64,000 nt of DNA from an uncultured Gammaproteobacteria bacterium (lineage in GTDB: Bacteria > Patescibacteriota > Microgenomatia > UBA10105 > UBA927), in the NCBI GenBank assembly GCA_964609895.1, contig CAZSTG010000002.1, positions 3,362 to 67,361 on the forward strand, written 5' to 3'. Shown here one piece after another: positions 47,980-58,586 of the stretch. Each line of letters opens with the position of its first letter. The stretch's first letter is position 1. The translations under genes were made by a program, and so were the position numbers. The notes below the pieces were generated by a model, which was given only the letters and a program-made list of their open reading frames with translations, did no database searches and was not told the DNA's origin.

Positions 47980-48645
47980 TTATTCTTCATTGTCGAGAAG
48001 ATACGCGTCCATCGTCCATTCGACTTTTTTCTGTGCTTCGTCGGTGTCTTCGACAAATGATTTGTAAGACGTAAATGTTTGTTGTGATGGGATATTGGAA
48101 CTAAATGATGAAAGAATAATATGCGGATTGACCCATGAAATATTTTTGAGTCCTAGATATTGTGCATAAGATGAATGTGCTGTTACTAAATCAACACCGA
48201 GTTTTATGGGATTTCTATGAATGTATCGTGATATATGGAGGAAATATGCATCATCATCAATCAAAATTGCTTTGTAAACGCTTTCAAATAGTGCGCCGAT
48301 ACGTCGGTATTTTTTATTGAAATACATGGAATATCTTGTGCACACAGATTTGAGAAATGTATGCAGGGAATGTTCATCTTGCTGTTGTATCAGGAAATGA
48401 AAGTGATTGGGCATGAGGCAATAGGCCAGCATGGTGATGGTATCGGAAAAATTTTGGACAGGATCTTTTATGTGTGGACCAATCATTGCCGTCGGGATTT
48501 CTTTTTTCAGCGCCTCTTTAAGTATGTTGAGAAACCGCAGGTAATCTGATTCCTCGAGGAAAATATTCCGTTTCTCCACACCGCGATTGTAGACGTGGTA
48601 TATCCCGTCTAATACAAAAAGTCTTTTTGTATTTTTTCTGGGCAT
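47980..48645 (-). CDS. REP-associated tyrosine transposase (RAYT; IS200/IS605-like Y1 HUH transposase)
   Basis: The N-terminal GIYHVYNRGVEKRNIF, the HUH motif (MPNHFHFLIQ) and the C-terminal catalytic-Tyr motif SRYIHRNPIKLGV (YxxxNP) are present. The gene is flanked on both sides by the inverted REP palindromes. Confidence 0.8.
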   Translation of the reverse strand: MPRKNTKRLFVLDGIYHVYNRGVEKRNIFLEESDYLRFLNILKEALKKEIPTAMIGPHIKDPVQNFSDTITMLAYCLMPNHFHFLIQQQDEHSLHTFLKSVCTRYSMYFNKKYRRIGALFESVYKAILIDDDAYFLHISRYIHRNPIKLGVDLVTAHSSYAQYLGLKNISWVNPHIILSSFSSNIPSQQTFTSYKSFVEDTDEAQKKVEWTMDAYLLDNEE

Positions 48646-48672
48646 TATGTTCACTATATCACAGAATAGATT

Positions 48673-48726
48673 GGAGAGGGTCAGACCCTCTCTTGAAGCT
48701 AATTTTGCGAGGGTCAGACCCTCTCT
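48673..48726. repeat. REP doublet (type-A spacer) upstream of RAYT
   Basis: ggagagggtcagaccctctcttgaagctaattttgcgagggtcagaccctctct. Confidence 0.85.
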
Positions 48727-48875
48727 GGGGAGAATTGCTACTTGACGAAGTTTTATATTTTCTTTCATACTATATAGGTTCGTATGTATTCTGCCCGAAG
48801 ACAGTGCTATGAACTTTAATTATTTCAATAGTGCATATACGGCAACCACAGTTGCCGGATATTCTTTTCTTTTTT

Positions 48876-48900
48876 AAAGACCCGTACGGGTCTTTTTTTG
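48876..48900. terminator. Bidirectional terminator (aaAGACCCGtacGGGTCTttttttt)
   Basis: A hairpin with flanking A- and T-runs. Confidence 0.6.
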
Positions 48901-48913
48901 AGGAAGTATATTA

Positions 48914-48966
48914 GGAGAGGGTCAGACCCTCGCCTAGCTTCAAAAAAGAGAGGGTCAGACCCTCGC
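48914..48966. repeat. REP doublet, inverted orientation (spacer gcctagcttcaaaaaagaga)
   Basis: ggagagggtcagaccctcgcctagcttcaaaaaagagagggtcagaccctcgc. Confidence 0.85.
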
Positions 48967-49017
48967 TAAGAGGAAATTTGAGGCATATTGAAGAAAATAG
49001 CACTATAGGGTACAATT

Positions 49018-50718
49018 ATGAATATGGCAGAACGAGGATCGACATCAGAACCAATTCAGACTGGCAGTTATCGTCCTGATGGATATAAGCCAGCAACATT
49101 ATCACATAAATTAAAAAATGCGTTAGGTGTGCTGATTATCGGTGGAGGGCTCGCAACCGGTTGTGCTCCAAAAGAGGGTTTCCATCCTACACAGATGCCG
49201 ACTATGGGTGGTGAGACACCCGCTGCAACCTTGGTTGATCCGACACTTGCTCCGACAGAATATATCCTTCCTCCAGCGGCCGCAACAGAAACGTCTGTTG
49301 TGAGCACACCGACACTTCCGATAGAAACGCAGCCCGCACAGGTTCCTTTGGCACTCCCCGGAGTAGAATTTGGTGCCGGCGGACCCGACCTTGTACAAAA
49401 TCCGTTGACCACGGCGTTGCAAAAAGCCGTCAATACTGTGGGATTTGGTGTTGTTTACAGCGGTGAAAACAATGTGAGTGCGGAAACAGGACAAGTATGT
49501 TTTAGTGTTGTTCCGGAAAAACTGGTGAGCGACACCAATGTAAACGGAGAACAGCTTCTGAAAGATGCCACTTCGAAAACTGGTATTGCCGAATACGACG
49601 ATACGCAGGTACTTGGTGAGGTTTCCATTCCCAAAGACACGGAAACAGAAACATTTGCCTGTGTCCTTGGCTATGCGCTTCCTGAAAATACGATGTACCA
49701 AGACGGAACGCTTCGTCAGTTATTGGTACAAACGAACATTGCAGACGGATCCGTCGAAGTAATTGCTTCCATGCAAGCGGGGTTTTCCATGAATGATATT
49801 GTGGAAGTAAAAAATGGTGTTGTTTATGTGAACGGGGAGGTGCAGAACTGGACAGCATTTGAAGGTCAGCAACTTCCTGTGGAAAAAGATTATCGCGCGG
49901 ATTATGAAAAGGTGCAGGCTGATCCGTGGACGGCAACCGAAGCAGAGAAAGCAGGATATGACACGTATGTCCGTCAACAGCTTGCGGCAGCAGGTATCAA
50001 AGACGCCGAAACCTTGTCTGACTATGATCTTTTGGAAGCAGTGATTGAATATCAGCAGGCACTGATTGCTAAAGGTGGGTTGGAAAATCCTGCAGATTAT
50101 TTAGTTGAATTGCCGATTTCCCTTCATGAACTGATCCGGACGGATATGGATAATGTTGTTGCTGTACACCGTGAGCCAAGTCGGGATAATGCAAAATATG
50201 GCATCGGCGGAACTGTTAACCCAAGTCGAGAAGATTTACTTAATGAAATTACGAACATATTTCCGGATTTTTCCATATATGGAACAGTGATGCAGGCGAG
50301 CGCTCATGAGTATCAGATAAATGGTGATTTGATTCTATTATATAGAACTCCTGGTATGGATCCGAGTGTCGGCATTGGTGCGGTTTTAAAAATGTATGAT
50401 GGTGATAAGGTTGCGTATGCGGAGGCGTTAATTTCAACTTCAACTGCACCCATTAATTCAGGAGATTTGTGCATGGGAAATCAAGTAGGAGAGGAAGTTT
50501 TGCCAAAAGCGTGTCCGGTTGGTGCACAAAGAACTCAAGCATATATAAAGGATAAAAGTTGGGAACTTTTTGAATTGTCAGATTTATTAAAAATAATGTC
50601 GGAAAGCGACCATGTGTTACAATTGGAAATGACGAGCGATGGCTCACATAAAGCGGGTGCTCCAATGTGGTCGGATGGAATAAAGATAGCTACTGACATA
50701 ACTATATTAAATAATTAA
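49018..50718 (+). CDS. Large hypothetical lipoprotein/secreted protein
   Basis: A lipobox-like LIIGGGLATGCAP follows the N-terminal region. The ORF is 566 aa with no motif recognised. Confidence 0.5.
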   Translation: MNMAERGSTSEPIQTGSYRPDGYKPATLSHKLKNALGVLIIGGGLATGCAPKEGFHPTQMPTMGGETPAATLVDPTLAPTEYILPPAAATETSVVSTPTLPIETQPAQVPLALPGVEFGAGGPDLVQNPLTTALQKAVNTVGFGVVYSGENNVSAETGQVCFSVVPEKLVSDTNVNGEQLLKDATSKTGIAEYDDTQVLGEVSIPKDTETETFACVLGYALPENTMYQDGTLRQLLVQTNIADGSVEVIASMQAGFSMNDIVEVKNGVVYVNGEVQNWTAFEGQQLPVEKDYRADYEKVQADPWTATEAEKAGYDTYVRQQLAAAGIKDAETLSDYDLLEAVIEYQQALIAKGGLENPADYLVELPISLHELIRTDMDNVVAVHREPSRDNAKYGIGGTVNPSREDLLNEITNIFPDFSIYGTVMQASAHEYQINGDLILLYRTPGMDPSVGIGAVLKMYDGDKVAYAEALISTSTAPINSGDLCMGNQVGEEVLPKACPVGAQRTQAYIKDKSWELFELSDLLKIMSESDHVLQLEMTSDGSHKAGAPMWSDGIKIATDITILNN

Positions 50719-50784
50719 TTTCTTCAATTTCAAACTATTCATATTTCTCTTGATTATTCTCTTCATCACTGATACCGTAGAAGT

Positions 50785-52452
50785 ATGACCAAGTTGTCAT
50801 ATGGCATTATTACAGCTCTGCTTCTTTTAGTAACAGGTGTTTTATCGTTTAAACCGACTGTTGTGCATGTACAGGCCGTGTATCCATCTAGCACTCCGAC
50901 AACAGCGCCTACACGAGAGCCGGATGCATGTACCGGATCGGTTGATTGTAAAGATCCAAGTGTATATGAAGATGCTCCTGATTGTTGCTGTACTGGCTGC
51001 ACAAAAAGTGGTTCTAAAATAGTTGTGGTTGAATGTAGACCTCTCTACGATCTCACTCAGCCTTATGTAGTATGTTCAAATTCTTGTCAGGCAAGTACAG
51101 AGTGTGGGCCAACATTGGTGCCAACAGGATATTATGTCGGGTGTCAGTATTGTCCAGATACATTTGCTTGGACGTATATGCCGCAAGATGACTGTGGAGG
51201 AAGTGCATGCGGATGCGGGGAACGCAGGACAGTATCTGTGTGGTGCAACGGGACACATTGTTATGACACCTGTAGAGCTGACACCTCCTGTACCAATAAA
51301 TGCGGTGTTACGCCGGTGCCGACGTCCACACCGTACGATCCACCTGGACCGGATACGTATTACGGCACCTTGCAGGCAAAAGTGGTCACCGCGTCGGCAG
51401 AGGATCTCAGTTGCACTACCATTGCCGCATCAACAGATTATCTTGCAGGAACGCTTGTGACATTTTCTCCGTATATCGGTGAAGAAAAGCTTCTGACAGA
51501 CAGTGTCCTTACATGGACTAATGTTGCGACATCCGGAATGACTGTATACGGTATTTCCAGTACACCGCCTGGACAATATACACCGGGGAATGTGTGTGTC
51601 TCGTCAAACGGGGGCGCGTATACGCAGGCATCCGCAGGAACGCTGACGGCCAACGGCATTTTGAATTTTGTCATTGCCTACTTACCGCAAAGCGGATGGG
51701 TGCAGACTGTCGGCGGTGATGCATATGCCGCTTCTTCTCTTGTTTCCTCCATTCCTTCGACCATCACAACATATTTTAATCTTGCAGGTGCCATGGGAGA
51801 TGCAGGTATGGTGTCATACGGATCAAGCTATGATTTTGCTTTGAGTTATGCTAGTTTCGGCGAAGAGCTGGTATCGGAAAAGCAATGGTTAGTGCACCAA
51901 GCCAATACGACAACAAATTTTTATGAACATTTTGCGACACAGATGGATGTAGCAGGAAGCGCCACACCGATTGAAACGCTGGTTAATATCAGTAAGCCGA
52001 CGTCCTGTACGTCCTCGCCCTGCGTGTATTATGCAAACGGCGATCTGACTACGGATGCAGCCTCCGCGTGGGCAATTGATGCAGCGGAACAGACAGTTTT
52101 GTTTGTCAACGGGAATGTGACCATACACAGTAACATTACCATTGCCTCCGGTGGATTTTTTGCCATTGTAGCAAACGGCAATATCACACTTGATCCTGCG
52201 GTCACGGAACTTCAGGGAATATATATTGCGTCCAATGCAACCAATAATGCGGTATTTAGCTCCGGCAGCGGATCAACACAGCTTGTGGTGACGGGGTCGG
52301 TGATAGCGGACAATTTCGCGTTGGAGCGGGATCTCGTTTCACTGAATGCAACCACTCCGGGGGAGATCTTTCTGTTCAATCCACAGTTGTTGTTTACGAT
52401 GCCTGACGCGATGAAAGAAACCCCGTACATCTGGCAGGAAGTTGCTCCATAA
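50785..52452 (+). CDS. Large hypothetical secreted Cys-rich protein
   Basis: A signal peptide (MTKLSYGIITALLLLVTGVLSF) precedes a Cys-rich N-terminal module (CTGSVDCKD...CCCTGC). Confidence 0.5.
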   Translation: MTKLSYGIITALLLLVTGVLSFKPTVVHVQAVYPSSTPTTAPTREPDACTGSVDCKDPSVYEDAPDCCCTGCTKSGSKIVVVECRPLYDLTQPYVVCSNSCQASTECGPTLVPTGYYVGCQYCPDTFAWTYMPQDDCGGSACGCGERRTVSVWCNGTHCYDTCRADTSCTNKCGVTPVPTSTPYDPPGPDTYYGTLQAKVVTASAEDLSCTTIAASTDYLAGTLVTFSPYIGEEKLLTDSVLTWTNVATSGMTVYGISSTPPGQYTPGNVCVSSNGGAYTQASAGTLTANGILNFVIAYLPQSGWVQTVGGDAYAASSLVSSIPSTITTYFNLAGAMGDAGMVSYGSSYDFALSYASFGEELVSEKQWLVHQANTTTNFYEHFATQMDVAGSATPIETLVNISKPTSCTSSPCVYYANGDLTTDAASAWAIDAAEQTVLFVNGNVTIHSNITIASGGFFAIVANGNITLDPAVTELQGIYIASNATNNAVFSSGSGSTQLVVTGSVIADNFALERDLVSLNATTPGEIFLFNPQLLFTMPDAMKETPYIWQEVAP

Positions 52453-52504
52453 CAAAACATTTGTGAGGAGATGTCATACGTAGACTGTGTCAGACATGCA
52501 GAAG

Positions 52505-53308
52505 TTATCCCAGTGAAAAATGGAACAGCGACTGCGAAAGCAGCCAGAGGCCTTCGGACAATATCAGGATTGCGATGAGTATCTGCAACACTTTTACATT
52601 GAGATGCTTTGTGAGCGTTGGTCCAACGATTCCTCCCAGAAAAGCCCCGATGGTCAGATTAATGAGAAGATCGTAGGAAATGACTTTCCCAGACAAAAGA
52701 TAGATGATAAATCCGGTAATACAGATGGGAACTTCGGAGAGTGTTGTTGAACCGATGGATTTTTTTGCATGATTACCGGAGAGCACCTGTCCTCCTGTCA
52801 TCAAGGGACCAAAGCCGCCTCCGGAAATGCCTTTATTGAAGGCTGATATGATGGCAAGTCCGGTTATTTTTTTCCATGAAAAATGAAACCGGCGTTTTAA
52901 CAGAAGAACAATTCCTATGACCGTGACGAGGATGCCAATATAGAGTTTTAATATGTCTTTTGGCAGTTTTACTCCCAATACCGCTCCAACGATGGTTGCG
53001 CCGACCCCCAAGCATCCCACGAGAAGCGAGATACGGAGGTCTTTGGAAATAGAGAGATGTTTTTTTCCGTCATCACCGCTTGCCACGAGCGACGGAAACA
53101 GATCCGCTGTTTTATATTTATTATGGAAAAATGCGGCCATAAATCCGCCGACAGCTTGGGAAATCAGAATGGACGGCACAACGAGATTGGAAGAGAATCC
53201 AAAAATGATAAGGAGCGGCGACAGGATTGTCCCGTATCCCATGCCAAGCCCCGAATCAATGACCTCCATGATGAATGCGAGCACAATCAGTAACAATGCA
53301 TTTTCCAT
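52505..53308 (-). CDS. TauE/SafE (TSUP) family sulfur-anion transporter
   Basis: VLAFIMEVIDSGLGMGYGTILSPLL matches the DUF81/TSUP N-terminal signature. There are about 8 TM helices. Confidence 0.7.
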   Translation of the reverse strand: MENALLLIVLAFIMEVIDSGLGMGYGTILSPLLIIFGFSSNLVVPSILISQAVGGFMAAFFHNKYKTADLFPSLVASGDDGKKHLSISKDLRISLLVGCLGVGATIVGAVLGVKLPKDILKLYIGILVTVIGIVLLLKRRFHFSWKKITGLAIISAFNKGISGGGFGPLMTGGQVLSGNHAKKSIGSTTLSEVPICITGFIIYLLSGKVISYDLLINLTIGAFLGGIVGPTLTKHLNVKVLQILIAILILSEGLWLLSQSLFHFSLG

Positions 53309-53312
53309 ATAG

Positions 53313-55070
<1,758 letters not shown>

Positions 55071-55118
55071 TTATACAATAGATACCAGTATCCATTGCTG
55101 TAGAACGCGCAATGTCCC

Positions 55119-56285
55119 ATGAAACATCTTATCGTCATGCCTTTCGCATTTCCGTGGAACTGGTCTGCGGACTATGAAAAGGAAACAGCACAACAGTTGG
55201 CAAAGAAGCATATTGTAGTCGCGTTTTTGGTCGGAGAAGGGTTCACACTTTGGCAATTTTTTTTGCAGCCACACAAACTAATTGAATCTGTGAACGACCG
55301 ATTATATCTTTATAGACCGTTATATCTGCTTCCTTTTCAACGGTTTTCTGTAATCAGGAATATAAATTTTCGAATTGCATCACTCATGGTGCGCTTGTGG
55401 ATAGCCATGTCGCCTTGGAAAAATAAGCGAAAAATATATTGGTCTTTTTCTTTGCAACATGCGGTGTTTCCAAGCTATTTTGGGAAAAAGTATTTTCCTC
55501 TTTATGACTGTGTTGACGCGTGTGTTTCAGAAAATACGGCATTGCAACGCGCGTGGAAGCGAGATGAAAAGAAAACTATGGCTGAATCAGCAGTAGTTTT
55601 TGTGAATTCATCGACACTGTTCGCGCAAAAAGCAGGTCAGCACCCGCATGTGTTTCAGACAAGTGAGGGGTTATTTAGTCAGGAGATTTTTCAGGACGCA
55701 TATTTGAAAGAAGAACCCGACGATATATCGGTAATTCCGAAACCCCGCATAACATTCCTAGGCAACATAAATACCCGATTAGATTTTTTACTCCTTAACA
55801 AACTCATACAGATGACCCCTCAGTATTCCTACGTATTTATTGGCATGGAGGATGTTGGTTTTGCTGGCCATGCAACCGTTGATTTTTCCCAAGAAATTTC
55901 GCGACTGAAACACATGCCGAATTGCTATTTTTTAGGGAAGAAACTGAAAAATGAAATCCCTCGGTACATACAAAGTAGTGATGTGGGGCTGATACCATAT
56001 GATATTTCTTTAGCATTTAATCGGTATTGTTATCCAATGAAAATTTCAGAGTATTTCTATATGGGAAAACCGGTTTTGTGTACCAACATCGAAGAAGCGA
56101 AAAAACTTGTTCCGTATATCTCATTATTTCATACAGCGGATGAGGGGAAACGTCAGTTACAAAAATTAGTATCCACACCGTTACCACGTTCTTATATCCG
56201 CGCGATGCGTAAGATTGCCAAAAGCAATTCAATTGCAACAAAATGTCAGTATGTAGAAACGGTGCTGCAAAAACAGTGTAGGTAG
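55119..56285 (+). CDS. GT-B fold glycosyltransferase-like protein (family uncertain)
   Basis: C-terminal GLIPY...MKISEYFYMGKPVL resembles the GT1/GT4 E-x7-E region. Confidence 0.45.
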   Translation: MKHLIVMPFAFPWNWSADYEKETAQQLAKKHIVVAFLVGEGFTLWQFFLQPHKLIESVNDRLYLYRPLYLLPFQRFSVIRNINFRIASLMVRLWIAMSPWKNKRKIYWSFSLQHAVFPSYFGKKYFPLYDCVDACVSENTALQRAWKRDEKKTMAESAVVFVNSSTLFAQKAGQHPHVFQTSEGLFSQEIFQDAYLKEEPDDISVIPKPRITFLGNINTRLDFLLLNKLIQMTPQYSYVFIGMEDVGFAGHATVDFSQEISRLKHMPNCYFLGKKLKNEIPRYIQSSDVGLIPYDISLAFNRYCYPMKISEYFYMGKPVLCTNIEEAKKLVPYISLFHTADEGKRQLQKLVSTPLPRSYIRAMRKIAKSNSIATKCQYVETVLQKQCR

Positions 56286-56312
56286 TAAGTCTGATACAAT
56301 GCATACAATCAT

Positions 56313-57284
56313 ATGATCATTCCTCAATCAGCCATTATTGCCATTACACTCAACTGCAATTCACGGTGTACGATGTGCAATATCTGGCAAAATCATATCA
56401 AAAATGAGCTTACACCGGATCAGTATCTCAAGCTGCCGTCAACGCTTACTGACATTAATATTACCGGTGGAGAGCCTTTTTTGCGGCGAGATATTGTTGA
56501 AATAGTGCGTAATATGAAAACTGCGGCACCACGTGCACGGTTGATTTTGAATACGAACGGATTTATGACTCATAAGATCGTTGCTGACATGCGGCAGATT
56601 ATCGCCATTGATCCGCATTTTGCATTCCGCGTCTCTTTGGACGGAATAGGAAAGGTACACGACACAATACGGGGAATTCCGGGCGGATACGAAAAGTGTA
56701 TGGAAACGCTCCGTGCTGTACGAGCATTAGGAGTGAAGGATATCGGCATTTCATTTACCCTGATGCAGCAGAACATCGATGAATTGCCAAAAGTGCAGCA
56801 GGTGTGCAAGGAACAGGGATATGAGTTTTCTCTGACAGTGGTCACCAATTCGCCGATTTATTTTGGCGAGAAGAAAGAAGATTTTCGTCCGAAACGCAAT
56901 GTAAAACTGGATAGAATTCTCAAAACTGCCGCAAGAACACATTATCAGTCATATGCTCCGAAGGAAATTATCCGTGGGTGGTTTGTTTCCCGTTTGCTGT
57001 CGTATATACAAACCGGAAAGCGGGTGCTTCCGTGTTATGCAGGATCCGGATTTTTTTACATGGATTCCGTAGGTAACGTGTATACCTGCCATATGAAGCC
57101 GTGGATCATGGGAAACATTACCAAACAATCCTTTCCTGCGATACTGGCCAATCAACATTTTGCACCCCGTGTAGCCAGCTGTAATGACTGCTTCATGGTC
57201 TGTACCGTCAAATCCAGCATGCGGCATCATTTGTTTCAAGTGGCACGCGAAGCAGTGCAAGAGAAAATAACTGCGCATATATGA
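56313..57284 (+). CDS. Radical SAM enzyme with C-terminal SPASM/twitch-like Cys cluster
   Basis: CNSRCTMC is the CxxxCxxC radical-SAM motif at residues about 15-22. The C-terminus reads PCYAGSGFFYMDSVGNVYTCH...CNDCFMVC. Confidence 0.75.
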   Translation: MIIPQSAIIAITLNCNSRCTMCNIWQNHIKNELTPDQYLKLPSTLTDINITGGEPFLRRDIVEIVRNMKTAAPRARLILNTNGFMTHKIVADMRQIIAIDPHFAFRVSLDGIGKVHDTIRGIPGGYEKCMETLRAVRALGVKDIGISFTLMQQNIDELPKVQQVCKEQGYEFSLTVVTNSPIYFGEKKEDFRPKRNVKLDRILKTAARTHYQSYAPKEIIRGWFVSRLLSYIQTGKRVLPCYAGSGFFYMDSVGNVYTCHMKPWIMGNITKQSFPAILANQHFAPRVASCNDCFMVCTVKSSMRHHLFQVAREAVQEKITAHI

Positions 57285-58570
57285 ACGGGGGACATGTCAC
57301 CAACCGGCAGCACATGGGGGATATCAAAAAATATTTTACCGTCGGCATTGTGAGCGGTATGGTGGTGCTTGTTGTCACCAAAGCCTTGCAACTGGGACTA
57401 AAATTGATTGTTGCACGCCTTGGGGTTGAGGAATTCGGTTCGTATTATTATTTCATTTCTTTATACACATCTTTTGTCACTATTGCATCGCTTGGAATTC
57501 CGATGAGCATTACACGGTTTTTTTCCTATTACAGTGGAAAAAAGCAGGAACAGATGCGTGCGCACATCATTCAATCTGCACTGGTGCTCATGGGTATTAT
57601 TGCCGTTGTTTTGACGGGAAGTCTCATGTTTTGCGTATGGCGATTTGCCGGATATTTTACTGCCGCGGCATATACCACAAGTCTGTGGCTGCTTGTGTGT
57701 TCCATCCCATTTTCATTCCTGATTGTCAGCATGAAGGCAGGATTATTGGGGCAGCTGCAGATAAAAAAGAGCTATTGTATTGACGGACTTACGGCACTTA
57801 TTACATTTGGTTGTATTTCTCTTGCGCTTTTTGTTTTTCATGCGGGAGTTGCGGGAGCATTATATGCGTATGCACTCTCCATGCTTGTAACCGCCGCGAT
57901 CAGCGTTTATTTATTCCATTCCTACATTCCCTTTGCTTCATTCTCTTTTCGGATTTCAAAAGAATTTTTTCAGTATACGTGGCCGGTAAGTGTGTCGGAG
58001 ATTTTGACCGCGTCTTCTGCAATTTTCTATGTAACTGTCTTGAAATACTATGGTGGAACAGACGAGGTCGGTCTGTATGGCTTAGCTGTTACCCTTGCAT
58101 CCCTTGTGAATATATTTCCGCAGATCATTCTTCCTGTATTTTTTCCCGTCATTTCCAAGTTGTACAGCAAACACATTTCCATCCGTGAGGTGTATAAGAA
58201 AATTGTTCTATTATTGATTATTACATCGTTGCTATCTGCTGGACTAGTGTTATTAGGAAGCCGCTGGGGGACAGGGTTGTTTTTCGGTTCTTCCTATCTT
58301 CCGGCTCTTCCCATGGTGCCGTATCTTATTGCCGCATACACGGTGTACATTTTGTTTGTGTGGTATAACAGGCAACTTTTGGATATGGCAGGGATGACCA
58401 AGGTAAATTTGTTAGCAACTCTATTGCGTGTAGGAATAACAATTGTAAGCATTTTTTTGTTTCTTCCGCATATCACAGGCATGCAACTTGCTATTGCATG
58501 TGGGATAGGATGGATTAGTGAAGGAGCAATGTGTCTTACTGTTATTTATAAAAAACGACTTCTTCAATAA
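57281..58570 (+). CDS. Polysaccharide-biosynthesis flippase-like (MOP/Wzx family) membrane protein
   Basis: About 12 TM helices are present. The N-terminal IVARLGVEEFGSYYY pattern is typical of Wzx-type exporters. Confidence 0.55.
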   Translation: MNGGHVTNRQHMGDIKKYFTVGIVSGMVVLVVTKALQLGLKLIVARLGVEEFGSYYYFISLYTSFVTIASLGIPMSITRFFSYYSGKKQEQMRAHIIQSALVLMGIIAVVLTGSLMFCVWRFAGYFTAAAYTTSLWLLVCSIPFSFLIVSMKAGLLGQLQIKKSYCIDGLTALITFGCISLALFVFHAGVAGALYAYALSMLVTAAISVYLFHSYIPFASFSFRISKEFFQYTWPVSVSEILTASSAIFYVTVLKYYGGTDEVGLYGLAVTLASLVNIFPQIILPVFFPVISKLYSKHISIREVYKKIVLLLIITSLLSAGLVLLGSRWGTGLFFGSSYLPALPMVPYLIAAYTVYILFVWYNRQLLDMAGMTKVNLLATLLRVGITIVSIFLFLPHITGMQLAIACGIGWISEGAMCLTVIYKKRLLQ

Positions 58571-58586
58571 GCGTTTTTAGTGGAAA

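Larger units (their letters stand above)
47959..48726. mobile_element. REPtron-like module: REP - RAYT gene - REP doublet
   Basis: The Y1 transposase gene is bracketed by GAGGGTC(A/T)GACCCTC palindromes, and 10 related copies are dispersed in the window. Confidence 0.7.

Noticed and set aside
8031-48966. Possible CRISPR array (repeated palindromic units with spacers)
   Set aside because: Only two repeat units occur per locus. The 'spacer' is itself conserved (gaagcta-containing). Loci are dispersed singly across 40 kb and there are no cas genes. This is consistent with REP/BIME elements, not CRISPR.
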